Shown here: piece by piece, positions 52,515-64,000 of the stretch
Numbering within the stretch: position 1 is the first letter of the stretch
How the letters are laid out: every line of letters begins with the position of its first letter
Origin: Burkholderiales bacterium
GTDB lineage: Bacteria; Pseudomonadota; Gammaproteobacteria; Burkholderiales; SG8-39
Length of the DNA: 64,000 bases
Assembly (NCBI GenBank): GCA_035702665.1
Contig: DASSQD010000035.1
Location: 17,719 to 81,718, forward strand
Direction of reading: 5' to 3'
Program-made: the position numbers and the translations under genes
The notes under the pieces: generated by a model
Database searches by the model: none
Told to the model about the DNA's origin: nothing
Seen by the model: only the letters and a program-made list of their open reading frames with translations

Positions 52515-54221
52515 ATGGAATTGACGGGTGCGGAGATCGTCGTCCGGTCCCTCCAGGCCGAGGGAGTCGAGTACGTTTTCGGCTACCCCGGCGGAGCGGT
52601 GCTTTTCATCTACGACGAGCTTTTCAAGCAGGACAAGGTCAAGCACGTTCTGGTGCGCCACGAGCAGGGCGCAACTCACGCCGCTGACGGCTATTCGCGC
52701 TCGAGCAACAAGGTCGGTGTCGCGCTGGTGACCTCGGGGCCCGGAGTTACCAACGCGGTCACGGGGATCGCCACGGCGTACATGGATTCGATCCCGATGG
52801 TGATCATCACGGGCCAAGTGCCGACGCACGCGATCGGCCTGGACGCCTTCCAGGAATGCGATACCGTCGGGATCACGCGACCCTGCGTGAAGCACAATTT
52901 CCTGGTGAAGGACGTGAGGGATCTCGCCGTCACGATCAAGAAGGCTTTCTACCTCGCGAAGTCCGGAAGACCCGGGCCGGTACTCGTCGATATCCCCAAG
53001 GACGTGACCACGGCGAAGGTCGCCTTCGAATATCCGGAAACGGTAACGATGCGCTCGTACAACCCGGTGGTGAAGGGACATCCGGGGCAGATCAAGAAGG
53101 CCGTGCAGCTGCTGTCCGATGCGAAGCGCCCGATGGTCTACACCGGGGGCGGCGTGATCCTTTCGGACGCGGCCAAGCAGCTCAGCAAGCTCGTCAGGAT
53201 GCTCGGGTTTCCGTGCACGAATACCCTCATGGGTCTCGGAGGGTACCCTGCGACCGACCCGCTGTTCCTGGGAATGCTCGGGATGCACGGCACCTACGAA
53301 GCAAACATGGCGATGCAGAACTGCGACGTGCTGCTCGCGGTCGGCGCGCGCTTCGACGATCGTGTCATCGGCGATCCGCAGCACTTCGGACAGGTGCAGC
53401 GCAAGATCATCCACATCGATATCGACCCGTCCTCGATCTCGAAACGCGTGAAGGTCGACGTCCCGATCGTCGGCAACGTATCCGACGTGCTCGACGAGCT
53501 CATTCGTCAGCTCGAAGGCGCGGGCTACAAGCCCGACCAGAAGGCGCTCAGCGCCTGGTGGTCCCAGATCGGCCTGTGGAAATCCAAGGACTGCCTGAAG
53601 TACGACAAGAAGAGCAAGATCATCAAGCCACAGTTCGTGCTCGAGCGGCTCTACGAAGTGACGAAGGGCGAGGCTTTCGTGAGCTCCGACGTCGGCCAGC
53701 ACCAGATGTGGGCGGCGCAGTTCTACAAGTTCGACAAACCGCGCCGCTGGATCAACTCGGGCGGGCTGGGGACCATGGGGTTCGGTCTGCCGGCCGCGAT
53801 GGGCGTGCAATTCGCGAACCCGGGTGCGACCGTGGCCTGTGTCACGGGCGAGGCGAGCATACAGATGTGCATCCAGGAGCTGTCGACCTGCAAGCAGTAC
53901 CGACTACCAATCAAGATCATCAACCTCAACAACAAGTACATGGGGATGGTGCGCCAGTGGCAGCAGTTCTTCCACGGCAACCGCTACTCCGAGTCCTACA
54001 TGGACGCGCTGCCCGATTTCGTGAAGCTCGCCGAGAGCTATGGGCACCGGGGCGTGCAGATCGACGAACCCGCCGACGTCGAATCTGCGCTGCGTGACGC
54101 GTTCAAGCGGAAGGACGAGTTGGTGTTCCTCGATTTCATCACCGACCAGACCGAGAATGTCTATCCGATGGTACAGGGCGGTAAGGGTCTGACCGAGATG
54201 ATTCTCGCCGAGGAACTGTAG
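52515..54221 (+). CDS. ilvI: Acetolactate synthase large subunit
   Basis: 568 aa. [30 protein letters not shown]... ThDP motif [14 protein letters not shown]...[12 protein letters not shown]...[10 protein letters not shown]. Confidence 0.95.
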   Translation: MELTGAEIVVRSLQAEGVEYVFGYPGGAVLFIYDELFKQDKVKHVLVRHEQGATHAADGYSRSSNKVGVALVTSGPGVTNAVTGIATAYMDSIPMVIITGQVPTHAIGLDAFQECDTVGITRPCVKHNFLVKDVRDLAVTIKKAFYLAKSGRPGPVLVDIPKDVTTAKVAFEYPETVTMRSYNPVVKGHPGQIKKAVQLLSDAKRPMVYTGGGVILSDAAKQLSKLVRMLGFPCTNTLMGLGGYPATDPLFLGMLGMHGTYEANMAMQNCDVLLAVGARFDDRVIGDPQHFGQVQRKIIHIDIDPSSISKRVKVDVPIVGNVSDVLDELIRQLEGAGYKPDQKALSAWWSQIGLWKSKDCLKYDKKSKIIKPQFVLERLYEVTKGEAFVSSDVGQHQMWAAQFYKFDKPRRWINSGGLGTMGFGLPAAMGVQFANPGATVACVTGEASIQMCIQELSTCKQYRLPIKIINLNNKYMGMVRQWQQFFHGNRYSESYMDALPDFVKLAESYGHRGVQIDEPADVESALRDAFKRKDELVFLDFITDQTENVYPMVQGGKGLTEMILAEEL

Positions 54222-54338
54222 AAGCAGGAGTCGTGAGCCCGACGCAGAATCGGGTCTGATCAACGCAAGCTGAAGGGAGCCGGATCCGGCGGCGCCACGA
54301 GCGCCGTGGTCGAAGGGTCTGGCCTCAGCGAGGGAACG

Positions 54339-55887
<1,549 letters not shown>

Positions 55888-55898
55888 CCTCTGCTCGG

Positions 55899-56552
55899 AT
55901 GAGCGCTCGCTACCCCCACCCCATCATCGCCCGGGAAGGGTGGCCCTTTCTCGCGGCAGCAATCGCGGCCGCGGCTGTCGCGAGCTGGTTCGCCGGCTGG
56001 TGGTCTGTGCCGCTCTGGCTCGCCGCCCTGTTCGTGCTGCAGTTCTTCCGCGACCCGGCGCGGGAAGTTCCGGGTGATGCGCGCACCGTGCTATCGCCCG
56101 CGGACGGCCGCATCGTCGCAGTCGAATCGGCGCGCGACCCCTACCTCGAGCGCGATTCGCTCAAGATCAGCGTGTTCATGAACGTCTTCAACGTCCATTC
56201 CAATCGCGCGCCAGTGGACTGTCGCGTGCAGAAGCGCTGGTACAACCCTGGAAAGTTCCTCAACGCCGCACTCGACAAGGCGTCCGTCGAGAACGAACGC
56301 AACGCCCTGTGGCTGAAGACCGGAGGCGGCGCGGATGTTACCTGCGTGCAGGTCGCCGGCCTGATCGCCCGGCGCATCCTCTGCTACGTGGGCGAGGGAG
56401 ACGGTCTTGCGAGGGGACAAAGGTTCGGGTTCATCCGCTTCGGCTCCCGGGTCGATGTCTACCTCCCCAAGGACGCCCATCCAATCGCCGCGCTCGGTGA
56501 CAAGGTGTACGCGAGCAGTACGGTGATAGCCACGCTCGCCGATCATGTTTGA
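55899..56552 (+). CDS. psd: Phosphatidylserine decarboxylase (short, Asd-type proenzyme)
   Basis: 217 aa. FGSRVD self-cleavage site ([12 protein letters not shown]). Upstream of pssA. Confidence 0.85.
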   Translation: MSARYPHPIIAREGWPFLAAAIAAAAVASWFAGWWSVPLWLAALFVLQFFRDPAREVPGDARTVLSPADGRIVAVESARDPYLERDSLKISVFMNVFNVHSNRAPVDCRVQKRWYNPGKFLNAALDKASVENERNALWLKTGGGADVTCVQVAGLIARRILCYVGEGDGLARGQRFGFIRFGSRVDVYLPKDAHPIAALGDKVYASSTVIATLADHV

Positions 56553-57318
56553 GCCACCGTTTCGCAAGCCGCTTCTGAATAGCGAGATCCGGCGGCGGGG
56601 AATCTACCTGCTGCCAAATCTCTTCACGACCGCGGCGCTGTTCACCGGGTTCTACGCCATCGTGATGGCGATGAACCAGCGCTTCGTCGATTCGGCCATC
56701 GCGATCTTCGTCGCCATGTTTCTCGATTGGAGCGACGGGCGCGTGGCCCGGCTGACGCATACGCAGAGTGAGTTCGGCGCGGAGTACGACTCGCTGTCGG
56801 ACATGGTGTGCTTCGGCGCGGCGCCGGCCCTTGTCATCTATGAGTGGGCCCTCAAGGACCTGGGGCGCTTCGGCTGGATTGCGGCGTTCGTCTATGTCGC
56901 CGGCGCGGCGCTGCGACTCGCGCGCTTCAACACCAACATCGACGTCGTCGACAAGCGCTTCTTCCAGGGGCTGCCCAGCCCCGCCGCTGCGGCCCTCGTC
57001 GCCGGGTTCCTGTGGCTGGCGAGCGATAACAAGATTCCCGTCGACGATTACGGCCTGCCGTGGGTCGCGGCGTTCCTGACCCTGTACGCCGGGTTGACGA
57101 TGGTGAGCAGCGTTCCCTTCTACAGCTTCAAGGTCATCAACCTGCGGCGCTCGGTACCGTTCGCCGTGATTCTCCTCATCGTCCTCGGCTTCGTCCTGAT
57201 CTCCACCGATCCCCCGATCGTCCTGTTCCTGCTGTTCGTTGCGTACGGGCTGTCGGGGTACGTCTACTGGCTTTGGAGAAAGCGCCGGCCGCCCAAACCA
57301 CCTGCCCAGTTGCAGTGA
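56545..57318 (+). CDS. pssA: CDP-diacylglycerol--serine O-phosphatidyltransferase
   Basis: 257 aa. CDP-alcohol phosphatidyltransferase motif [10 protein letters not shown]...GAEYDSLSD. 8-nt overlap with psd. Confidence 0.9.
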   Translation: MFEPPFRKPLLNSEIRRRGIYLLPNLFTTAALFTGFYAIVMAMNQRFVDSAIAIFVAMFLDWSDGRVARLTHTQSEFGAEYDSLSDMVCFGAAPALVIYEWALKDLGRFGWIAAFVYVAGAALRLARFNTNIDVVDKRFFQGLPSPAAAALVAGFLWLASDNKIPVDDYGLPWVAAFLTLYAGLTMVSSVPFYSFKVINLRRSVPFAVILLIVLGFVLISTDPPIVLFLLFVAYGLSGYVYWLWRKRRPPKPPAQLQ

Positions 57319-57525
57319 CGCTGGAAACCCGCTATATTCCGCGCGTGCATTCCACCCGCACGTCGTTGAAGCTTCACTTCGGCAGCCTGCTTCTCGCCGG
57401 TCTGCTGCTGCGCCTCGCGCGCTAAATACTCCACTCCCAATTCAGCAGTACCCGGTTCGCGGCACCAGCAGGTGCGGCGAAGTCCTTTCAAGCCTCATTG
57501 CTTGCATTGAACACGGAGCCTCACC

Positions 57526-59061
57526 ATGAAGGAACACTTGATCATATTCGACACGACCATGCGCGACGGCGAGCAGAGTCCCGGCGCATCGATGACGAAG
57601 GAAGAGAAGCTGCGCATCGCCCGCCACCTCGAGCGAATGCGTGTGGACGTGATCGAGGCCGGTTTTGCGGCGTCCAGCCCGGGGGATTTCGAGGCGGTCC
57701 GCGCAGTCGCCGGCATCGTCAAGGACAGCACCGTTTGTTCCCTGGCGCGCGCGAACGACCGCGACATCAAGCGCGCCGCGGAAGCGATCGAGCCGGCGAA
57801 ACAGGGGCGCATTCATACCTTCATAGCGACTTCGCCGATCCACATGGAAAAGAAGCTACGCATGACACCGGACCAGGTGTTCACCGAGGCGGTGAACGCC
57901 GTGCGCTTCGCGCGCAAGTTCACCGACGACATCGAGTTCTCCCCGGAGGACGCGGGGCGCTCGGACTTCGATTTCCTGTGCCGCGTCCTCGAGGCGGTGA
58001 TACGTGAAGGCGCGAAGACCGTCAACATCCCCGACACGGTGGGGTACACGATGCCCGAGCAGTTCGGTTCCCTCATCCGGCGCCTGCGCGAGCGCGTGCC
58101 GAACGCCGACAAGGCGGTCTGGTCGGTGCACTGCCACAACGATCTCGGGCTGGCGGTGGCGAATTCCCTTGCGGCGGTGATGAATGGAGCGCGCCAAGTC
58201 GAGTGCACGGTGAACGGCCTGGGCGAGCGTGCCGGCAACGCGTCGTTGGAGGAGATCGTCATGGCTGTGCGCACGCGCCAGGATGTGTTCCCTTGCGACA
58301 CGCGCCTCGACAGCACCCAGATCGTGCCGGCGAGCCGGCTCGTTTCCGGCATCACCGGCTTCCCGGTGCAGCCCAACAAAGCGATCGTCGGCGCCAACGC
58401 CTTCGCTCACGAAGCCGGAATCCATCAGGACGGCGTCCTCAAGAGCCGCGAGACCTACGAGATCATGCGCGCGCAGGACGTGGGCTGGGCGGCGAACAAG
58501 CTGGTGCTCGGCAAGCACTCCGGCCGCAACGCCTTCAAGCAGCGCTTGAAAGAGCTGGGCATCGACCTCGAGTCCGACGACGCGTACAACAAGGCCTTCC
58601 AGCGGTTCAAGGAGCTCGCCGACAAGAAGCACGAGATTTTCGACGAAGACCTGCAGGCGCTTGTGTCCGACGAGGCCGACGCCATGGCGGCAGAGCGCTG
58701 GAAGCTCGTGTCCCTCCAGCAGGAGAGCGGCACCAGCAAGCGCCCTCGCGCGAACATCGTGCTGGCGGAGGCGGGGGCAGAGCGCCCGGCCGCATCCGAT
58801 GGCGACGGGCCGGTGGACGCGACCTTCAAGGCGATCGAGAGCCTGGCGGCGAGCGGCGCGGAACTCCAGCTCTATTCGGTCAACGCGGTCACGCAAGGGA
58901 CCGAGTCACAGGGCGAGGTGACAGTGCGGCTCGCGAAAGGCGGGAGGGTCGTCAACGGCGTCGGATCCGACACGGACATCGTGGTGGCGTCCGCGAAAGC
59001 CTACGTAAATGCCCTGAACAGGCTGCAGGACAAGATGCTGCGGATCAATCCGCAGCGCTGA
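57526..59061 (+). CDS. leuA: 2-isopropylmalate synthase
   Basis: 511 aa. [35 protein letters not shown]-terminal LeuA dimerisation/regulatory domain. Confidence 0.95.
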   Translation: MKEHLIIFDTTMRDGEQSPGASMTKEEKLRIARHLERMRVDVIEAGFAASSPGDFEAVRAVAGIVKDSTVCSLARANDRDIKRAAEAIEPAKQGRIHTFIATSPIHMEKKLRMTPDQVFTEAVNAVRFARKFTDDIEFSPEDAGRSDFDFLCRVLEAVIREGAKTVNIPDTVGYTMPEQFGSLIRRLRERVPNADKAVWSVHCHNDLGLAVANSLAAVMNGARQVECTVNGLGERAGNASLEEIVMAVRTRQDVFPCDTRLDSTQIVPASRLVSGITGFPVQPNKAIVGANAFAHEAGIHQDGVLKSRETYEIMRAQDVGWAANKLVLGKHSGRNAFKQRLKELGIDLESDDAYNKAFQRFKELADKKHEIFDEDLQALVSDEADAMAAERWKLVSLQQESGTSKRPRANIVLAEAGAERPAASDGDGPVDATFKAIESLAASGAELQLYSVNAVTQGTESQGEVTVRLAKGGRVVNGVGSDTDIVVASAKAYVNALNRLQDKMLRINPQR

Positions 59062-59074
59062 GTCCTATCGGCAG

Positions 59075-60310
59075 GTGCGTTCTCGTAGAATGCGCTTGAT
59101 GAGCTCGAAGCTGCGACAGCTCGGCCGGTTCCTTGCGCACGTGTTCCGGCGCTTTGATCAGGACCGTTGTCTGCAGATTGCCTCCAGCCTCACCTTCACG
59201 ACCCTGCTGGCGCTGGTGCCGCTCATGACCATCATGCTTACGCTGATGTCCGCGTTCCCGGTCTTTTCCGGGCTCGCCGAGCACATCCACGCCTTTCTCC
59301 TCGCGAACATGCTCCCGGAGAAGGCGGGGGACGTCGTCAGCGGGTACATCGAGCAGTTCACGGGGCGGGCTGGCCGCCTTACCGCGCTGGGCACCGGCTT
59401 TCTCGCCGTGACGGCCTTCATGATGATGTTTACCATGGAGCGAGCGTTCAACTCCATCTGGCGGGTATCGCGCCCGCGGCCCGTGGCACAGCGCATTCTC
59501 GTCTACTGGGCGGCGCTCACGCTCAGCCCGGTCCTGATCGGCGCGAGCCTTTCGATCACCTCGTACCTGGTGGGCGCATCGCTGGGAATCACCCGGCAGA
59601 CGCCGATCGCGGGGTCGGCGATCCTCTGGCTCGTCCCCTTCGGGCTGACATGGGCCGCGTTCACGCTGCTTTACTTCGTGGTGCCGAATCGCGCGGTCAA
59701 GCCGCGCCACGCCCTGATCGGAGGCCTCGTTGCTGCCTTTGTCTTCGAGCTGATGAAGCGCAGCTTTGCCGTCTTCGTCGCGCAGATCCCCTCCTATACA
59801 CTGGTCTACGGTGCGTTTGCAGTGATCCCGATTTTCCTGCTGTGGATCTACTTCTCCTGGGTCGTGATCGTTATCGGCGCGCTCATTGCGGCGCTCGCGC
59901 CGGATTTCGCAGTCTTGGGCGAGACGCTTGGACGCACCCCGGGCGTCGGGTTCGGCGACGCGTTGGCGACTTTGCTGGTCTTGGCTCGCGCACAGCAAGG
60001 CCCAGGGCTCCTCGGATTGAGGGCAATCGCCTCGGGCGCATTGCTTACGGTGGATCAGGCCGAGCTGCTGCTAGAGCGCATGGCAGCACGGGGCTGGGTC
60101 GCGAGGTCGAGCGGCGAGAGATACGCGATGGTGTGCGACAAGGAGCGCCTCCTCGTGGCCGAGGTCTACCGCGAGTTCGTTCCGGACGGCAAAGGATACG
60201 GAAAAGTGCGCAGCGAGACATTGGACCGCTTGATGAAGCAGTTCTCGGCGCACGCGGACGAGGCCCTGAATCTGCCGCTCGGGCGGCTCCTCGAAGGAGA
60301 GACCGTTTGA
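59075..60310 (+). CDS. YihY/BrkB (virulence factor BrkB/ribonuclease BN-like) family membrane protein; start could be the ATG at 59090 or 59099
   Basis: 411 aa. RFDQDRCLQIASSLTFTTLLALVPLM..., six TM segments, YGAFAVIPIFLLWIYFSWVVIVIGA. Confidence 0.8.
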   Translation: MRSRRMRLMSSKLRQLGRFLAHVFRRFDQDRCLQIASSLTFTTLLALVPLMTIMLTLMSAFPVFSGLAEHIHAFLLANMLPEKAGDVVSGYIEQFTGRAGRLTALGTGFLAVTAFMMMFTMERAFNSIWRVSRPRPVAQRILVYWAALTLSPVLIGASLSITSYLVGASLGITRQTPIAGSAILWLVPFGLTWAAFTLLYFVVPNRAVKPRHALIGGLVAAFVFELMKRSFAVFVAQIPSYTLVYGAFAVIPIFLLWIYFSWVVIVIGALIAALAPDFAVLGETLGRTPGVGFGDALATLLVLARAQQGPGLLGLRAIASGALLTVDQAELLLERMAARGWVARSSGERYAMVCDKERLLVAEVYREFVPDGKGYGKVRSETLDRLMKQFSAHADEALNLPLGRLLEGETV

Positions 60311-61029
60311 GCCCGGCGGCCCCAAAGGGCATCCCGCGGGAGGAACGCCTGATCGCGGCCCTCGACGTCGCCGATAGCGAGCAGGCGAAGGCCTTGGTGC
60401 ACCGCCTGGGCGACACCGTCCGCTTCTACAAGGTAGGCCTGGAGCTCTTTATGGCTGGCGGAGTATTCGAGCTTATCGACTGGTTGACGAAGAGGGGCAA
60501 TAGGGTTTTCGCCGACCTGAAGTTCTTCGACATTCCCGAGACGGTCGCTGCGGCGGTGCGGGGCCTGCGCAGCCGGGGCGTGACCTTCGCGACGGTGCAC
60601 GGCAATCAGGGCATGCTCGAAGCGGCCGGCGCGGCGAAGGGAGATGTGAAGATTCTCGCGGTCACGGTGCTCACCAGCCTGGACCAAGGTGATCTCGACG
60701 ACCTCGGCTTCCAGTGCGATATCGAGAAGCTGGTGTTGTCACGGGCGCGGCGGGCGCTCGCGGCGGGGTGCGACGGCGTGATCTCGTCCGGGATGGAAGC
60801 GGCGGCGCTCAAGCGCGAGCTGGGCGACCGGCTCCTCGTGGTAACGCCGGGAATCCGCCCGGTGGAGAACCGCGCCAGCGACGACCAGAAGCGCACGGTC
60901 GACGTCACCCAGGCCTTCGCGAACGGCGCCGACTACATCGTCGTGGGCCGGCCCATACGTCAGGCGGCCGACCCGCGTGCAGCGGCGCAGGCGATTCAGA
61001 CGACGATCGCACACGTGTTTCCCGCTTGA
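60307..61029 (+). CDS. pyrF: Orotidine 5'-phosphate decarboxylase
   Basis: TTG start overlapping the upstream stop. LIAALDVADSEQA...FYKVGLELF...FADLKFFDIPETV...TVHG...IVVGRPI. It is the 3' third of the long track ORF 59167..61029. Confidence 0.9.
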   Translation: MSPAAPKGIPREERLIAALDVADSEQAKALVHRLGDTVRFYKVGLELFMAGGVFELIDWLTKRGNRVFADLKFFDIPETVAAAVRGLRSRGVTFATVHGNQGMLEAAGAAKGDVKILAVTVLTSLDQGDLDDLGFQCDIEKLVLSRARRALAAGCDGVISSGMEAAALKRELGDRLLVVTPGIRPVENRASDDQKRTVDVTQAFANGADYIVVGRPIRQAADPRAAAQAIQTTIAHVFPA

Positions 61030-61036
61030 TTCCGTG

Positions 61037-61669
61037 CTACGAGATCCCGGAATCAGGAGCTGTCGCCGGGGCGAGGGTCAGCCTGCCCTGGTAGTGCCAG
61101 GTGCTTCGCCAGGCGCCGATCACCATGTTCGGATAGTCGGACCGGCCCAGGGTGCCGTTGTAGCGTGCGAGCGCGCGTCTTAGGTCGCCCTTCTCGGTGT
61201 CGATGTAGTATTTGAGAATGACGCAGCCGTAGCGCAGGTTGTTGCGCAGGCTGAACAGGTTGTCGCCCGGACGTCCGATCAGCCCCACCCAGAAGGGCAT
61301 GACCTGCATGTAGCCGCGGGCGCCCGAGCGCGAGACCGCATACTTGCGGAAATTGCTCTCGACCTGGATTACCGCCAGCACCAACTGCGGGTCGATCTTC
61401 GCGCGGGTCGCCTCGTAGTGCACGGTGCGCAGGAACTGCACGCGCGAATCGAAGTTGGCCATTCGCGACTCCAGGCGCAGCGACATCTCGGTCAGCCAGT
61501 CGACCGCCGCCTCGGCGTTCTTGAAAGCGTGTGGTGTCGGCTTGTCGGCGATCGAGGCTTGAAGACCCGCGCGGACCTCGGCGGCGAGCGGCTCATAGAT
61601 CTGCGCGCCGGCGAGCGCCGCCACGGGAGCGAACATTCCCAGCGCGAGCCAGGCCAAGCGCGCAGTCAT
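61037..61669 (-). CDS. Lytic transglycosylase (SLT domain) with signal peptide
   Basis: 210 aa. [30 protein letters not shown] carries the catalytic Glu motif. Its ATG overlaps the proS stop. Confidence 0.8.
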   Translation of the reverse strand: MTARLAWLALGMFAPVAALAGAQIYEPLAAEVRAGLQASIADKPTPHAFKNAEAAVDWLTEMSLRLESRMANFDSRVQFLRTVHYEATRAKIDPQLVLAVIQVESNFRKYAVSRSGARGYMQVMPFWVGLIGRPGDNLFSLRNNLRYGCVILKYYIDTEKGDLRRALARYNGTLGRSDYPNMVIGAWRSTWHYQGRLTLAPATAPDSGIS

Positions 61670-63372
61670 GAACGGGGCCGCAGCGGCGAGAGCGCCTGGT
61701 CGACGGGAATCCTCCGGCTTTCCTTGTCGCGCCGGCCTTGGTATTCGATCATCTTGTCCTTGAGTCCCCGCTCGCCAACCACGAGGCGATGCGGAATGCC
61801 GATCAGCTCAGCGTCGGCGAACATCACGCCGGGACGCTCGTCGCGGTCGTCGAGCAAAACCTCGAACCCGGCATCCGTGAGCTCGCGGTAGATCGAGTCC
61901 GCGGCCTCGCGCACCGCCGCGTTCTTGGCGTAGCCGATGGGGACGAGCGCGACCTGGAAGGGCGCAATCGGCTCCGGAAAGGCGATGCCGCGCTCGTCAT
62001 GGTTCTGCTCGATCGCGGCGCCGACGATCCGGGTAACACCGATGCCGTAACAGCCCATTTCGAACGGGCGGCTGGCGCCGGATTCGTCGAGAAAGGTCGC
62101 TTTCATCGATTCCGAGTACTTGGTACGTAGCTGGAATATGTGGCCGACTTCGATGCCACGCACGATCTCGAGCGTCCCCTTGCCATCGGGGCTGCGATCA
62201 CCCGCCACGACATCGCGGACATCGGCGACGCGGGACGGCTCGGTGCAGTCTCGCCCGAAGTTGACTCCTGTTAGATGATAGCCCTCTTCGTTCGCGCCGC
62301 AGACGAAGTCGCTCATCGCCGCGACTGCGCGGTCGGCGATGACGCAGACATCGCTGCGCACGCCCACCGGCCCGATATATCCCGCCTTGCACCCTAGGAA
62401 CCGCTCGATTTCCGCGTCGCTCGCGAAGCGAAACGGGTCCAGGCCGGGGAGTTTCTGCACTTTGATCTCGTTCAGCGAATGATCGCCGCGAAGGAGCAGC
62501 AGGAAGAACTCGGTGTCGTGCATGACGGCGATCGCCTTGACCGTCTTCTGAAGCGGCAGGCGAAGAAGGTCGGCCACGTCCTCGCAGCGCGTCTTCCCGG
62601 GGGTGGCTACTTTCTTTATCGGTTCGCCGGGCACCCCGCGCGGTGTTTCAGGCGCCAGTGCCTCGGCGAGCTCGACGTTGGCCGCGTAGTCGGACTTCGG
62701 GCAGTATGCGATGGCGTCTTCGCCCGAATCGGCGAGGACGTGAAACTCTTGCGACCCGGTACCGCCGATGGCACCGGGGTCCGCGGACACGGCGCGAAAC
62801 TTCAATCCGAGCCGCGTGAAGATGCGCGTGTACGTGTCGTACATGTTCCGGTACTCGCGCTGCAGATCGGCGTAGTCGGCGTGGAAAGAATAGCCGTCCT
62901 TCATGGTGAACTCGCGACCGCGCATGACCCCGAAGCGCGGCCGGATCTCGTCTCGGAACTTGGTCTGTATCTGGTAGAAATGAACCGGCAATTGGCGATA
63001 GCTGCGGATCTCTCGGCGCGCTACGTCGGTGATCACTTCCTCATGCGTGGGGCCCACGCAGAAATCGCGATCATGGCGATCCTTGAGGCGTAGCAACTCC
63101 GGCCCGTATTTCTGCCAGCGCCCGGATTCCTGCCACAGTTCCGCGGGCTGCACCGCGGGCATGAACAGCTCGATCGCACCGGCGCGATTCATTTCTTCGC
63201 GTACTATCGCCTCCACCTTGCGCACGACTCGCAGTCCGAGCGGCATCCACGTATAGATCCCGCCAGCGAGCCGGCGAATCAGCCCGGCGCGGACCATCAG
63301 CTTGTGGCTGATCAGCTCGGCGTCAGAAGGGGCTTCCTTGAGCGTTGCGAGAAAGTATCGGGACGCGCGCAT
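61666..63372 (-). CDS. proS: Proline--tRNA ligase
   Basis: 568 aa from [34 protein letters not shown]... Class II motifs and an INS editing domain. The track ORF extends spuriously to 63837. Confidence 0.95.
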   Translation of the reverse strand: MRASRYFLATLKEAPSDAELISHKLMVRAGLIRRLAGGIYTWMPLGLRVVRKVEAIVREEMNRAGAIELFMPAVQPAELWQESGRWQKYGPELLRLKDRHDRDFCVGPTHEEVITDVARREIRSYRQLPVHFYQIQTKFRDEIRPRFGVMRGREFTMKDGYSFHADYADLQREYRNMYDTYTRIFTRLGLKFRAVSADPGAIGGTGSQEFHVLADSGEDAIAYCPKSDYAANVELAEALAPETPRGVPGEPIKKVATPGKTRCEDVADLLRLPLQKTVKAIAVMHDTEFFLLLLRGDHSLNEIKVQKLPGLDPFRFASDAEIERFLGCKAGYIGPVGVRSDVCVIADRAVAAMSDFVCGANEEGYHLTGVNFGRDCTEPSRVADVRDVVAGDRSPDGKGTLEIVRGIEVGHIFQLRTKYSESMKATFLDESGASRPFEMGCYGIGVTRIVGAAIEQNHDERGIAFPEPIAPFQVALVPIGYAKNAAVREAADSIYRELTDAGFEVLLDDRDERPGVMFADAELIGIPHRLVVGERGLKDKMIEYQGRRDKESRRIPVDQALSPLRPRS

Positions 63373-63501
63373 AGCGCCAAACCACGTAAAACGCGACATT
63401 CTACTTGAACTCACCTGCCTACTTCGGCGTCGAAGGCGCAGCTTCAAATCCCCCGGGATTTGTGAAAGAATGAGGTCGGACAGACTCTTGCTGGATTGCG
63501 T

Positions 63502-64000
63502 ATGCTCGATCGAGACGGCTACCGGCCGAACGTCGGCATCATTCTCTGCAACTGGCGCAACGAGGTTTTCTGGGGTAAGCGCGTCAAAGAGCACTCGTGG
63601 CAATTCCCGCAGGGTGGAATAAAGCTCGGGGAAACGCCGGTGCAAGCAATGTACCGCGAGCTGCGGGAAGAGGTGGGCTTGCTGCCCTCGCACGTGAAGA
63701 TCCTGGGGCGGACGCGAAACTGGTTGCGCTACGAAGTTCCGACCCGATGGCTGAAGCGCGATTGGCGCGGCAACTACCGGGGGCAGAAGCAGATATGGTT
63801 CCTGCTTCGATTGGTCGGCCGGGAATGCGATGTGCACCTGCGGGCATCGGAGAAGCCCGAGTTCGATGCCTGGCGCTGGAACGACTACTGGATTCCACTC
63901 GAATCGGTCATCGATTTCAAGCGCGACGTCTACCAGCGCGCGCTCACCGAGCTCTTCCGCTATCTCTCTCGCGATCAGGACCGCAAGCCGCTCCGGGCGG
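63502..64000 (+). CDS. rppH: RNA pyrophosphohydrolase (Nudix), 3' end outside the window
   Basis: Own translation: [60 protein letters not shown] contains the Nudix box GGx5Ex7REUxEExGU. Divergent from proS. Confidence 0.9.
   Translation, partial: MLDRDGYRPNVGIILCNWRNEVFWGKRVKEHSWQFPQGGIKLGETPVQAMYRELREEVGLLPSHVKILGRTRNWLRYEVPTRWLKRDWRGNYRGQKQIWFLLRLVGRECDVHLRASEKPEFDAWRWNDYWIPLESVIDFKRDVYQRALTELFRYLSRDQDRKPLRA

Noticed and set aside
59167-60306. First two-thirds of the 620-aa ORF 59167-61029
   Set aside because: It is an alternate frame of the YihY/BrkB-family gene with R/G/A-rich nonsense composition. Only the part from the TTG at 60307 matches PyrF.

Overview
High-GC (about 64-65% by eye) bacterial chromosomal window. 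The housekeeping synteny (ilvIHC-psd-pssA-leuA, valS-holC-pepA/lptFG, an ECF sigma with DUF3619 and DUF3106 neighbours, proS/rppH) looks betaproteobacterial; that is inference only. I call about 55 protein-coding genes and find no rRNA, tRNA, CRISPR array or recognisable mobile element. There are three blocks. (1) 1-20.7 kb is an oxalate/formate C1 island: a ModE-like regulator, an OFA-type MFS antiporter, a two-subunit NAD-type formate dehydrogenase, fhs, a TctCBA transporter, a Crp/Fnr regulator, and oxc-frc followed by a formyltransferase-like gene. Four perfect TTGA(C/T)-N4-(G/A)TCAA palindromes tie it together, each sitting 29.5-30.5 bp upstream of a -10-like hexamer. (2) 20.9-38.3 kb is the most unusual part. 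Eleven co-directional genes encode a CHASE2-Ser/Thr kinase, a PP2C phosphatase, a double-FHA protein, a CHASE2-adenylate cyclase (class IIIb-like), a class II cNMP phosphodiesterase, a cNMP-binding/rhodanese protein, a GAF-fused PilB/GspE-like ATPase, a GAF-HD-GYP protein carrying a paralogous GAF, a TPR-GT41 (SPINDLY-like) glycosyltransferase, a sigma54-driven type IVa pilin, and a TMTC-like GT-C/TPR membrane protein. I propose this is an integrated, uncharacterised signalling-to-pilus (and pilin glycosylation) system. (3) 38.3-64 kb is ordinary housekeeping. All calls rest on reading the ORF translations and the DNA directly; no database search was run.
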